Source of the DNA: Atribacterota bacterium
GTDB taxonomy: Bacteria > Atribacterota > Phoenicimicrobiia > Phoenicimicrobiales > Phoenicimicrobiaceae
DNA: 57,820 bases
Assembly: GCA_030605615.1 (NCBI GenBank)
Contig: JAUWHZ010000027.1
Coordinates: 1 to 57,820 of the forward strand
Direction: 5' to 3'
Part shown: positions 18,525-28,492 of the stretch, piece after piece
Numbering within the stretch: position 1 is the stretch's first letter
Layout of the letters: every line of letters starts with the position of its first letter
The notes under the pieces: model-generated
The model's input: only the letters and a program-made list of their open reading frames with translations
The model's database searches: none
Told to the model about the DNA's origin: nothing
Translations under genes and position numbers: made by a program

Positions 18525-19288
18525 TCAGAGTAAAATATTGCAAAAATGGTCCTATTAAATACATTTCTCATTTAAATCTGGTCCAGGTTTTTACCCGGGC
18601 TCTAAGAAGAGCAGATATTCCGATGGTCATATCTGGTGGCTTTAATCCTAGATTTAGAATGTCTTTTGGCCCTCCTTTGCCCCTGGGGATTAGTAGCACT
18701 TCTGAATATTTGGATATCAGAGTAAAGAAAAAAATAGAACCCGAAGACCTGATATATAGGTTAAATGTTGTCTTACCTTGTGGGTTAAAGGTATTACAAG
18801 CCAAGATAATTCCTTTACCTTCTGATTCCTTAGTTAAAATAATCAGTTCTGCTTTTTATATAATCACTCTGAAATTAAAGAAAAGTGTAATAAATTTAAG
18901 TAAGGAAGATTTAGATCAAAATAAGGAAAACCTAAATAGAGAGATTTTAAGAGAAGAAAAGGTTGATAGAGAATTAAAAGATCTGAAGAAAGAGATAGAT
19001 AAAAATATTAAGGGATTTTTAAACCAGGAAGAAATTGTAATAGAGAAGCAGACTAAAAAGGGCATAAAAAAGATTAATACAAGGCCTGCAATTATAAATA
19101 TGTCAGTTAAAAAATGTCAGGACCAAATTCTGGAGATTAATTTGTGGTTAAATATTGGACAAGAAGGAAATTTAAACCCTCGATATGTTGTTGAAGCCTG
19201 GTTATCTAATTCTGGTTATATTTTCGATATCAAGCAGATTTGCCGGGATGGATTATATATAAAAAACCAAGAGGTTATCGATTATTAA
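18512..19288 (+). CDS. Radical SAM-associated protein (TIGR03936/DUF2344)
   Basis: KYISHL…RALRRA…SGGFNPR…PLPLG…SEYLD. Confidence 0.88.
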   Translation: MERLIRVKYCKNGPIKYISHLNLVQVFTRALRRADIPMVISGGFNPRFRMSFGPPLPLGISSTSEYLDIRVKKKIEPEDLIYRLNVVLPCGLKVLQAKIIPLPSDSLVKIISSAFYIITLKLKKSVINLSKEDLDQNKENLNREILREEKVDRELKDLKKEIDKNIKGFLNQEEIVIEKQTKKGIKKINTRPAIINMSVKKCQDQILEINLWLNIGQEGNLNPRYVVEAWLSNSGYIFDIKQICRDGLYIKNQEVIDY

Positions 19289-19437
19289 TTTTTAATTAAT
19301 TAAAAGAGATAAAATAATATTTATGCTTAACTGAAGGATAATAAATCTATTAGAGTAGAATTTATTATCCTTTACTATTAGAGTTATTTAGAGTAAGATA
19401 ATGTAAAAGAATTTAAAAGCAAAACAGGAGTTTTTGA

Positions 19438-20955
19438 ATGAATAAAAAAGTGATAATAGACGTAGGGTTAACTGAAGAGAGAGTAGCTATAACTGAAGAT
19501 GGAAGATTAGTAGAAATCCATATAGAGAGAATTGAAGATGATAAAATTGTGGGCAATATCTATAAAGGCAAAGTGATTAATGTTTTACCCGGAATAGAAG
19601 CAGCATTTGTAGACATTGGAATTGAGAGAAATGTTTTTTTACACATTGATAGTACCCCTAATGCTGAAGACAGCGAGAAGGTAAAGGATGCACAGATTTC
19701 TACCAATCATCCACCCACTGTTGACAAAATCAAAGTGGGTCAAGAAATTATAGTGCAAGTAGTAAAAGAAGCGATTACTCCCAAAGGAGCCCGAGTTACC
19801 ACAAATATAGGTTTGCCTGGTAGATATTTAGTTTTAATGCCTAATAATGTAAGTATAGGGATTTCTCATCGGGTTGAAGATGAGAAGGAAAGAGAAAGAT
19901 TGAAAAAAATTCTTCAACAAACAAAGCCGAAGGATGTCGGATTAATTATACGGACTGCTGGCTGGGGGAAGGAATTAGAGGATTTTTTACCGGATCTAGA
20001 TTTTTTAATTAGATTATGGAATAAGATTAAAAAAAGGGCTAAGAAGGTTAAGGCGCCTATGTTGCTCCATGAAGACTTAACCCTCACTTATCGAATTATT
20101 CGTGATCTGTTTACTGAAGAAATAGATGAAATTCTAATAAATTCCAAAACTGAATATAAAAACATATTAAAATTTTTAAAAACCTTATCTTTGTCCAACT
20201 TAGAACCAAGGGTATCATTTTATAATGATGAAAAAACTATATTTGAAGAGTATGGCATTGAAAAGGAAATTAACAAAGCTTTACAAAAAAAGGTGTGGCT
20301 TAAGTGTGGAGGATATTTAATCTTTGACCAGGCCGAGGCCTTAACAGTTATTGATGTAAATACCGGGAAATTTGTGGGCAAAAAAGATATGAGAAGAACT
20401 ATTTTAAAGACTAATTTACAAGCAGTAGAGGAGATAGGGCTTCAGTTAAGGTTACGAGATATTGGTGGGGTTATCATAGTTGATTTAATTGATATGGAAA
20501 ACCAAGAAGATAGAAAAAAGGTAGTAAAGAAATTAGAAGAGAGTTTAAAGAAAGATAAAACCAAGACTAACATTATTCAAAATAGCGAATTAGGTTTAGT
20601 TGAACTTACCAGAAAGAGATCAAGAAGAGATCTGGAAAATATGTTAAGGACTTCTTGCCCTTATTGCTCTGGGACAGGTAGAGTTTTATCTGCCGAGACT
20701 GTAAGTAATATGGTTCTACGCAAGTTAGAAAAACTATGTAAGACTTCCCGGGCAGAAGCAGTTTTATTAGGAGTGCACCCTAAAGTAGAAGAAACTCTAT
20801 CCGGAACAAAGATGTTATTGGTTAAACAATTAGAGAAAAATTGTCGTAAGACTATTTTTATTAAAGCTTCCAAAAATATTCATATAGAAAGGATAGAGGT
20901 TGTAGCAGTAGGGAGATTGAAAGAAGTAAAGAAGATCAAGCGAATGTTTGCTTAG
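19438..20955 (+). CDS. rng: Ribonuclease E/G family
   Basis: GNIYKGKV S1 domain, VIDVNTG, LRDIGG, CPYCSGTG. Confidence 0.92.
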   Translation: MNKKVIIDVGLTEERVAITEDGRLVEIHIERIEDDKIVGNIYKGKVINVLPGIEAAFVDIGIERNVFLHIDSTPNAEDSEKVKDAQISTNHPPTVDKIKVGQEIIVQVVKEAITPKGARVTTNIGLPGRYLVLMPNNVSIGISHRVEDEKERERLKKILQQTKPKDVGLIIRTAGWGKELEDFLPDLDFLIRLWNKIKKRAKKVKAPMLLHEDLTLTYRIIRDLFTEEIDEILINSKTEYKNILKFLKTLSLSNLEPRVSFYNDEKTIFEEYGIEKEINKALQKKVWLKCGGYLIFDQAEALTVIDVNTGKFVGKKDMRRTILKTNLQAVEEIGLQLRLRDIGGVIIVDLIDMENQEDRKKVVKKLEESLKKDKTKTNIIQNSELGLVELTRKRSRRDLENMLRTSCPYCSGTGRVLSAETVSNMVLRKLEKLCKTSRAEAVLLGVHPKVEETLSGTKMLLVKQLEKNCRKTIFIKASKNIHIERIEVVAVGRLKEVKKIKRMFA

Positions 20956-20984
20956 GGTTTACTCAATACGCAATACGAAATTAT

Positions 20985-21013
20985 TTGACAACTAAATAAA
21001 TATATGCTAAATT
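20985..21013 (+). promoter_or_regulatory. Sigma70 promoter for rplU operon
   Basis: TTGACA-17 nt-TAAATT with TG extension. Confidence 0.65.
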
Positions 21014-21029
21014 TTATAAGCATTTGTTT

Positions 21030-21105
21030 ATATCCGCACAGGTTGGGTGCATAAAGTGCGAAAAGTGATTAATCAAATTTAATTACTACCTAATCCTGGC
21101 GAGTT
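21030..21105 (+). ncRNA. Ribosomal protein L21 leader
   Basis: CCGCAC-aggttgggt…acctaatcct-GGCGAG directly upstream of rplU. Confidence 0.75.
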
Positions 21106-21130
21106 TTGAAAACAAGGAGGATTCCAAGAA

Positions 21131-21442
21131 ATGCAAGCAGTTATTGCAACTGGAGGGAAGCAATACCTGGTAAAAGAAGGAGACATTATCAGGGTTGAAA
21201 AAATAGACCAAGAGAAAAGCAAAAAGATAGAATTTGATCAAGTATTAATGGTTAACAAAGAAGGAGAATATATTATTGGTCGACCATTAGTGGAAAAGGC
21301 TAAGGTGACTGGTAAAGTTTTAAATCAAGGAAAGGCTAAGAAGATAATAGTTTTTAAATATAAACCTAAGAAAAAATATCGGAAAAAGACCGGACATAGG
21401 CAACCTTATACTGAAGTTTTAATTGAGAAAATAAAACTTTAA
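21131..21442 (+). CDS. rplU: 50S ribosomal protein L21
   Basis: TGGKQYLV…GHRQPYT. Confidence 0.97.
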   Translation: MQAVIATGGKQYLVKEGDIIRVEKIDQEKSKKIEFDQVLMVNKEGEYIIGRPLVEKAKVTGKVLNQGKAKKIIVFKYKPKKKYRKKTGHRQPYTEVLIEKIKL

Positions 21443-21534
21443 AAAAGAGGATAAAATTATCTAAAATAATTTTTTATCGATAAGTTATGATATAATATAA
21501 TTACTGGTAGATTTTAAGAGGTGAGGTGATAATT

Positions 21535-21795
21535 ATGGCACATAAAAAGGGTCAAGGTTCAATTCGAAACGGTAGAGATAGTAAGTCCAAGCGATTGGGA
21601 ATAAAACGATTTGCTGGTCAATTTGTAACAGCAGGTAGTATTCTTATAAGACAGAGAGGAACCAGAATTCTTCCCGGTGAAAACGTAGGAAGAGGGAAAG
21701 ATGATACTCTATTTGCGCTAACCGAAGGATTTGTAACTTTTGAAAGAAAAGGAAAAGACCGAAAACAGGTCTGTGTTTATGCCGAAAGATCTTAA
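21535..21795 (+). CDS. rpmA: 50S ribosomal protein L27
   Basis: [16 protein letters not shown]…RQRGT…GKDDTLFAL. Confidence 0.97.
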   Translation: MAHKKGQGSIRNGRDSKSKRLGIKRFAGQFVTAGSILIRQRGTRILPGENVGRGKDDTLFALTEGFVTFERKGKDRKQVCVYAERS

Positions 21796-21817
21796 TGAGA
21801 AGATAATTTTGTCAATC

Positions 21818-21851
21818 AACCCTGGGTTTTTTATAAAACTCAGGGTTTTTT
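21818..21851 (+). terminator. Intrinsic terminator-like hairpin
   Basis: aaccctgggtttt-ttat-aaaactcagggtt followed by a T run. Confidence 0.7.
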
Positions 21852-21857
21852 AGTATT

Positions 21858-21892
21858 ATGTAAAAAAAAGTGCCTGGCACAAAATTTGTCAT
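21858..21892. repeat. REP (GTGCCWGGCAC family), imperfect
   Basis: atgtaaaa-aaaa-gtgcc-t-ggcac-aaaa-tttgtcat. Confidence 0.85.
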
Positions 21893-21910
21893 TTTCGGCA
21901 GGAGAAGAGT

Positions 21911-23191
21911 ATGTTTGTAGATAGAGTAAAAATAGAACTAAGGGCAGGAAAAGGTGGTAATGGTGCGGTAAGTTTTAGAAGAGAGAAGCATATCCCCAAA
22001 GGTGGACCTGATGGAGGCGATGGAGGAAAGGGTGGCGATATAATTATTGAGGCAGATGAGAAGGTCGGAACCTTAGTAGAACTTTATAATCACCCTCATC
22101 AAAGGGCCCAAAACGGAGAAAGTGGTCGGGGTGCAAATAAAAAAGGAAAAAGTGGAGAAGATTTAATCATAAAAGTTCCTCTGGGAACTGTAATAGAGGA
22201 TATAGATAGGTCTATAACCTTGGGTGATTTGATGAGTAATGGACAGCGGATAGTAGCGGCCAGGGGCGGCCAGGGAGGTTTAGGAAATTCCCGCTTTAAA
22301 AGTTCCATCCGAAGGGGACCGAGATTTGCCCAAAAGGGAGAACCGGGAGAAGAAAAAAGGTTATATTTGAGTCTTAAAATAATCGCTGATGTAGGACTGG
22401 TGGGTTATCCTAATGTGGGGAAATCTACTTTGCTTTCTCGGATTTCATCAGCTAAACCCAAGATTGCTGACTATCCTTTTACTACTCTTAATCCCCATTT
22501 AGGAGTAGTTAAAGTAGACGAAATCAAAAGTTTTGTAGCGGCAGATATTCCCGGTTTAATCGAAGGTGCACATCAAGGTACCGGGTTAGGAGATAAGTTT
22601 TTAAAGCATATTGAAAGGACTAAAGTAATCTTACATCTTGTCGATGGTTCAGAAATAAAAAAGGAGAATCCTCTCCACCATTTTAAGGCTATAAACAGAG
22701 AATTAAGTAATTTTAGTGAAGAATTAGCAAAAAAACCACAGGTTATTGCGATAAATAAATGTGATTTACCTTCAACTAAAGAAAATTTAGATATTCTTAA
22801 AAAGACTTTCGTTAAGAAGGGTTATCAAGTTTTCCCCATTTCTGCCTTGGCTGGGGAAGGATTAAATGCTCTAATCTATCATCTTTCTTCTTTCTTGGAT
22901 GAATTAAAGTCTAAAGAAAAGAAAAAAGTTCCCGATGCTTTACCCAAAAAGGAGGCAGTTTATAAATTTACTCCCCGATTCGTAATTACTAAGAAGGAGA
23001 ATATTTATGAAGTTTCAGGAGAAGAGATAGAACGCATTGTAGCCATGACCGACTTTGACAATGAAGAGGCATTAGACAATTTTCAAAAAATAATTAAAAA
23101 AATCGGTCTGGAAAAGGCTTTAATTAAGAGAGGAATCAAAGAAGGAGATGAGGTAGAAATAAGGGAAAAGGTTTTTTACTTTTTTAAATAA
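21911..23191 (+). CDS. obgE: GTPase ObgE/CgtA with C-terminal OCT domain
   Basis: GGPDGGDGG, GYPNVGKS, DYPFTTL, DIPG, NKCD. Confidence 0.97.
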   Translation: MFVDRVKIELRAGKGGNGAVSFRREKHIPKGGPDGGDGGKGGDIIIEADEKVGTLVELYNHPHQRAQNGESGRGANKKGKSGEDLIIKVPLGTVIEDIDRSITLGDLMSNGQRIVAARGGQGGLGNSRFKSSIRRGPRFAQKGEPGEEKRLYLSLKIIADVGLVGYPNVGKSTLLSRISSAKPKIADYPFTTLNPHLGVVKVDEIKSFVAADIPGLIEGAHQGTGLGDKFLKHIERTKVILHLVDGSEIKKENPLHHFKAINRELSNFSEELAKKPQVIAINKCDLPSTKENLDILKKTFVKKGYQVFPISALAGEGLNALIYHLSSFLDELKSKEKKKVPDALPKKEAVYKFTPRFVITKKENIYEVSGEEIERIVAMTDFDNEEALDNFQKIIKKIGLEKALIKRGIKEGDEVEIREKVFYFFK

Positions 23192-23293
23192 ATAGGGTAT
23201 AATTTTAATAATTAAATTAGTAGGGAAAATAGGCGAATTGGGTAGCCCCTTGGAGAGCTTGATAATCAACAAATCAGCAGTAAAGGTGAATTA

Positions 23294-26200
23294 ATGACCG
23301 GTATAGCTAATAATCTTTTAAAAAAGCTATTTTTAAAAGAAAAGCATATATATATTTTAAAAATTTTTTGTTTTATTGCTCTATTACTAATTATAATAAA
23401 TTTTTTTCTTACTTCTTCATTTGTCCAGGCCCCTGAACTAAAAATAAGTATATTATACCTTAATAATACTGAACTAACTGATTGGGATTGGTTAAGCAAA
23501 GGTTTAACTGATATGTTGATAGATGACCTTTCCCGGCTTGATTACATCACCTGTCCCTCCCGCCAGGACATAGAAGATTTGTACCTTAAACATAGTTTGC
23601 CTACTGCTCGAACCGAAATGAATAAGTCTCTATTAATCAAAATTAATGAGGATTTAAATGCTGAGATAATATTTTTTGGGAACTATTTTTTTTCTTCACC
23701 TTCCGAGTTGAATTTGAGTCTTAAAAAATATGAAGTAACAACTGGAGAAATTACCACTTTTCGAGATATTAAAGTGGAAAAGACCGATATCTTTAGCTTG
23801 AAAGAAGGGATTGTCTTTTTAATCTTGGAAGAACTTGGCATTGAGGAGCCATCCTCCGAGGATAAGGCTCTAATAAAAGAAATTCCTACTTCTTCTGTTG
23901 AGGCTTTAATTAATTATTATAAATGTATTGATTCCAGGGATAAGGCTATTATAGAATATCAAGGAGCAGATTATCCCAGTAAAAAATTATGGGCTGAGGC
24001 AATAGATTATGGGAAAAAAGCAGTGGCAGTTGACCCAAAATATGCTGAGGCTTTTTATCTTTTAGCTGAAATTTATAATAAGACCCGTTGGACTATCAGA
24101 GAGGTAGAAAGTTTAAATAAATTTATCCAGCTGGTAGAAGATAACCAATTGGGGAGTAAAAAAATTTACGAAAAAGTCGCTCAAGCCTATTTTAGATTGG
24201 GTTATGCCTTTTATTCTAAGAAAGAATTTGAACAGGCGATCGAATATTTTAATTCTTCTATAAAATATAATCCTGATCTATTAGAAGCCCACCTCTATTT
24301 GGTGCGAGTTTATTATGATAGGGGAGAGATGGGTCTCTCTCTTGATGAATGTGAAGAAGTTTTGAGGATAGACCCACAGAATAAAGAGATCTCCTGGTTT
24401 ATTAAAAAGAACGAACAAGCCCAAAAGTATGGTCGGGAAGCTTATGAAAATTACGAAAAGGGTTATCTGGCTTATAAAAAAGGAAATTTTGAAGAAGCCA
24501 TAGATTATTTTAAAATTTCTATTTTAAGCAATCCCGAGTTTAAGGAACCTCATTATTATATAGCTTTAAGTTATTATAATCTTGGAGATTTTGATAATTC
24601 TATTTCTCAATGGGAAGAAGTTATCAGGATTGACCCTTTTAACAATTCAGCAAAACATTTCTTAAATAAATCCTTAGAAGAGAAAAAATACGGACGAGAG
24701 ACTTTAAGGCATTTTAATGCTGGTTATGATTATTATATTAAAGGAGAATACGATAAAGCTATCGTAGAGTTTAATAAGTCTTTAAACTGTAATCCCAAAT
24801 TTGAGAAAGCCCGAAAATATCTTTCCCGTTCTTATTACCAGCTTGATCAGATGGACAAATACCGGGAAGAACGAGAGAAGGCCACTGAATTAAAGACCAG
24901 CGATGAAGAGGAGAGGGCGGAAGAACATTATAAATTGGGATATGAATTTTATTCCTTAGACGACTTCAAAGTGGCAATAGATGAACTTAAAAAAGCCCTG
25001 AATCTAAAAAGCGATTATCCCGGTGCACGCTTTTTATTAGGGGAGTGTTATTTTCAGCAAAAAGAATATCAATTGGCTCAGATTGAGTATGACCGGGTAG
25101 TAACTGATTCAGCAAAAAATGAATATACAGATGATGCCCTTTTGGGTAGTGGCTGGAGTTATTATTTATTAGGAGAATACCCGAAGGCAGCGGAGAGATT
25201 TTCAAAACTAATAGAAGAATTTCCCCAAAGTAATTTAGCCCTCCAGGCTAACTATAAATTGGGCAAATCATATTTTAAAGGAAAAGATTACCCCAAGGTA
25301 ATTAAAGCATATAAAGAGTTTATAGAAAAATATCCTCAGTTTCAAGGACCAGAAATAAAAGAAATATATTTCTTATTGGGCCAGGCCTATCTCTGGTCAG
25401 AGCAATATAAGGAAGCAGAGGAGACCTTTTCCAAGTTATCCTCTCTCTATCCAGAGTTTGAATTAATTAAGGAAGCGGAATACTTTCGAAGTTTAAGCCT
25501 ATTTAAGCAGGAGGAATATCAAGAAGCAATAATTAAACTGGAAGAGTTAGTGGCAGAAGGAGAGGACAAGGCAAAAAATGAGACCTATTATTTACTGGCT
25601 CGTTGTTGGTTAAATTTAGAAGAATATGATAAAGCTATTGAAAAGTTGGAAGATTTAAAACAACTTAAAGTGGAAGATTCTTTATTAGGGAAGGCCATCT
25701 TTGATTTAGGATTAGCTTATTCTCGCCAAGGAGACAAGGAGAGAGCAGTTTTAGAATTTCAAGAATTTATTGAAAAATATCCTCAAAGCGAACTGATTAA
25801 ATCGGCTCATTTTGAGCTGGGGAAAAATTTATATAATTTAAAGAAATATAAATTAGCCCTATCCGAATTAAAGGAAATTTCTACAGCCGAAGCCCTTTAT
25901 TTAAGGGGGAAGGCTGCTGAAGAACTGGGGGATCAAGAAGGAGAAATTGCGGCCTTTGAAGAACTACGGGAGAAATTCCCCCAAAGCGAATACTCTCAAG
26001 AGGCTTATTTTAAGTTAGGTAATTATTATTATAAGCAGAAGAAATATAAAGAGGCGATTGAGGAATTTAAGAAAATTAGTCTAATTTTTCCCCATTCCTC
26101 TTTGATCTCGGAAAGTTATTATTGGATGGGGTGGAGTTATTTTAAATTAACTGAATATCAGAAGGCAAGTGAGTGTTTTAAAAAAGTTGGGGAAGATGAT

Positions 26201-26932
26201 ATAAATTTAAAATTAGCTCAGAGAGCTATATTTATGGCAGCAGAGTCACTGTATAACCTTGAGGATTACCAAAAAGCCCGAGAAGAGTATAGAGCTTTTA
26301 TCGGAAAGTATCCTAAAGCAGAACTTTCTGTAAATGCCCAATATGCTATAGCCTGGACATTTTTGGAAAATAAGGAATATGAGCCCTCAATACAGGAGTT
26401 TAAAAAACTCATAAGCATTTATCCGGAAAGCAAATTTGTGGAAGAAGCTCAATTTAGAATTGGTAAGGGTTATTTTCTTTTAGGAAATAAGGATGAGGCC
26501 AAGACGGAATTAGAGAAATTTATAGATAGCTATGCTAAGAGCAATTTTAGGGCAGAGGTCCTTTATTCATTAAGCCAGATGTATCTAGAAGAAGAAAAAT
26601 GGATGGACAGCATTATCGAGTTAGAAAAATTAGTGAGAGAATATCCAGATACTAAATATTTACCTGATGTCTTATATGGTTTGTGTCTTTCTTATTTTAA
26701 AAAAGATGAATATAATAAGGCTATTGAAGCGGGAGAAAAATATTTAAAAGACTATTTTAAATTACAATTCGGAGATGATATCTTATATATAAAAGCGATT
26801 TGCTGGGAAAAGTTAGAAAATCAGGAAAAGGCAATTACTGATTATCAGATTCTAATTTCTAAATTTCCCCAGAGTCCATATATAGAAAAAGCCAAGGAGA
26901 GGTTGGAAGTTTTACAGAAGGAAAGTGAGTAA
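23294..26932 (+). CDS. Giant membrane-anchored TPR protein (N-terminal TolB-N/CsgG-like domain, many CpoB/BamD-like TPRs)
   Basis: N-terminal TM; WLSKGLTDMLIDDL segment; repeated …FIEKYPQS…A.F.LG TPR units over ~1000 aa. Confidence 0.8.
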   Translation: MTGIANNLLKKLFLKEKHIYILKIFCFIALLLIIINFFLTSSFVQAPELKISILYLNNTELTDWDWLSKGLTDMLIDDLSRLDYITCPSRQDIEDLYLKHSLPTARTEMNKSLLIKINEDLNAEIIFFGNYFFSSPSELNLSLKKYEVTTGEITTFRDIKVEKTDIFSLKEGIVFLILEELGIEEPSSEDKALIKEIPTSSVEALINYYKCIDSRDKAIIEYQGADYPSKKLWAEAIDYGKKAVAVDPKYAEAFYLLAEIYNKTRWTIREVESLNKFIQLVEDNQLGSKKIYEKVAQAYFRLGYAFYSKKEFEQAIEYFNSSIKYNPDLLEAHLYLVRVYYDRGEMGLSLDECEEVLRIDPQNKEISWFIKKNEQAQKYGREAYENYEKGYLAYKKGNFEEAIDYFKISILSNPEFKEPHYYIALSYYNLGDFDNSISQWEEVIRIDPFNNSAKHFLNKSLEEKKYGRETLRHFNAGYDYYIKGEYDKAIVEFNKSLNCNPKFEKARKYLSRSYYQLDQMDKYREEREKATELKTSDEEERAEEHYKLGYEFYSLDDFKVAIDELKKALNLKSDYPGARFLLGECYFQQKEYQLAQIEYDRVVTDSAKNEYTDDALLGSGWSYYLLGEYPKAAERFSKLIEEFPQSNLALQANYKLGKSYFKGKDYPKVIKAYKEFIEKYPQFQGPEIKEIYFLLGQAYLWSEQYKEAEETFSKLSSLYPEFELIKEAEYFRSLSLFKQEEYQEAIIKLEELVAEGEDKAKNETYYLLARCWLNLEEYDKAIEKLEDLKQLKVEDSLLGKAIFDLGLAYSRQGDKERAVLEFQEFIEKYPQSELIKSAHFELGKNLYNLKKYKLALSELKEISTAEALYLRGKAAEELGDQEGEIAAFEELREKFPQSEYSQEAYFKLGNYYYKQKKYKEAIEEFKKISLIFPHSSLISESYYWMGWSYFKLTEYQKASECFKKVGEDDINLKLAQRAIFMAAESLYNLEDYQKAREEYRAFIGKYPKAELSVNAQYAIAWTFLENKEYEPSIQEFKKLISIYPESKFVEEAQFRIGKGYFLLGNKDEAKTELEKFIDSYAKSNFRAEVLYSLSQMYLEEEKWMDSIIELEKLVREYPDTKYLPDVLYGLCLSYFKKDEYNKAIEAGEKYLKDYFKLQFGDDILYIKAICWEKLENQEKAITDYQILISKFPQSPYIEKAKERLEVLQKESE

Positions 26933-26933
26933 G

Positions 26934-27130
26934 TAGTCGTTAGTGAATAGTGAATAGCAAAGAAGAAAGAAAATAAGTGAAGAATAAGATCATATCGAGA
27001 AATGTATATGATGTAGGGGCTTGATTTATCAAGCCCGCAAAACTCGGGTCGGATAAATCCGACCCCTACGCCAGATTCAGAGCTCCATTAGACTATTAAC
27101 TAACGACTAAATTGACTGGTAGACTGGAAG
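26934..27130. repeat. Heptamer-repeat mosaic enclosing a GTAG-REP doublet (27013-27069)
   Basis: tagtcgt/tagtgaa units; GTAG-gggcttgat-tt-atcaagccc … gggtcggat-aa-atccgaccc-CTAC. Confidence 0.85.
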
Positions 27131-27188
27131 ATTTTAAAGGGAAATAATTAAAAAGGTTAAAAATAAAAAAAGAGGGGGCAAATATTTA

Positions 27189-27863
27189 ATGTTTGAGGTT
27201 TTTGAAAAAGGCGGATTCTTAATGTATCCCATATTTATATGTTCTTTATTGGCGGTTACTATTTTTTTTGAACGAATGTTCTATTTAAAGAGTGTTAAAA
27301 GCAGGAGTAAAAGATTTGTTGGTCGAGTTAAGAATTTGGTGAAAAAAGGAAGTATTGAGCTGGCTATTTCTGCTTGCCGTAAAAGTCCTACTCCAATATC
27401 TCAGATTATGTTAGATGGTTTAATGAAATATGGTCGAAGTCGGGAAGAGATAAAAGAGGCAATCGAAGATAGTGCGAACCAAGAAATTCCTCTTTTAGAA
27501 AGAAATCTTTCCATCCTTTCTACTATTGGAAATGTTACTCCCTTATTAGGACTTTTAGGAACAGTATTTGGTATGATTAAGGCATTTAATGTAATAGCTG
27601 TTATGGGAGTAGGCAAACCAGAGGCACTGGCAGAAGGTATTTCAATGGCATTGCTTACTACTGCCTTTGGATTATCAGTGGCTATACCTACCATTGTAAT
27701 TTACAATTATTTAGCTCATCGAGTAGATAAATTAATAAAAGAGATGGAAATAAGTTGTGTAGATCTTTTAGAACTTTTAACTAACCATGATATGAGACAA
27801 GAAACAAGTCAGAATTTTGATCGGGAAGGTGAAGTAGCGTATGAAGTTTCCTCATCCGAATAA
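27189..27863 (+). CDS. exbB: MotA/TolQ/ExbB proton channel protein
   Basis: TPLLGLLGTVFGMI, ALLTTAFGL. Confidence 0.9.
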   Translation: MFEVFEKGGFLMYPIFICSLLAVTIFFERMFYLKSVKSRSKRFVGRVKNLVKKGSIELAISACRKSPTPISQIMLDGLMKYGRSREEIKEAIEDSANQEIPLLERNLSILSTIGNVTPLLGLLGTVFGMIKAFNVIAVMGVGKPEALAEGISMALLTTAFGLSVAIPTIVIYNYLAHRVDKLIKEMEISCVDLLELLTNHDMRQETSQNFDREGEVAYEVSSSE

Positions 27864-28257
27864 AAAGAGTGCTAGTTTTAATTTGACTCCTTTAATAGAT
27901 GTAGTCTTTCTTTTATTGATATTTTTTATGTTGACTACTACATTTATAAATTTAGAAAGCAGAATAAAGGTTAATTTACCCACTGGTGATTTTGCTGCTG
28001 CCGAGCCGTCTGAAAATATTACCCTAACTATTACTGAAAATAACACGATTTACTTTAATGGAAAATTGATAGATCCTTTAAAGATTACTGAAAATGTGGC
28101 TACAGAATTAGAAAATGATCCGGAAAAATTGGTGATATTAGAGGCTGATAAAAATGTTCTTCATGGTAAGGTAATCAGGGTAATGGATTTAATTAAAAAA
28201 GGTGGAGCAGATAGGATTGCTATTGCCACCAAGCCAACCGAAATAAGTAGTGAGTAA
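27841..28257 (+). CDS. exbD: ExbD/TolR family protein
   Basis: NLTPLIDVVFLLLIFFM (conserved Asp), ADKNVLHGKVIRVMD. Confidence 0.92.
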   Translation: MKFPHPNKKSASFNLTPLIDVVFLLLIFFMLTTTFINLESRIKVNLPTGDFAAAEPSENITLTITENNTIYFNGKLIDPLKITENVATELENDPEKLVILEADKNVLHGKVIRVMDLIKKGGADRIAIATKPTEISSE

Positions 28258-28456
28258 TTCGTATCTCGTATCTCGTAAGGAAAACAGGAGTCAGAAGCCT
28301 AATTCGTATCTCGTGAATCGTATCTCGTATTCTAACGGATAGCGTTTAGCGTATAGGATAATTAGTATATAGTGAATAGTATTTAGTCGTTAGTAGGACA
28401 GGCGTCTCGCCTGTCTATCAGTCAATCAACGACTATTCCTTAACGACTAATTTAAT
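28258..28456. repeat. Heptamer-repeat mosaic with GTAG-REP (28393-28415)
   Basis: tcgtatc tandem units; GTAG-gacaggcg-tct-cgcctgtc; blocks shared with 35960-36010 and 57319-57390. Confidence 0.85.
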
Positions 28457-28492
28457 TGGTAAATTAATAATATGAGGTGCTTATAAAAATAT

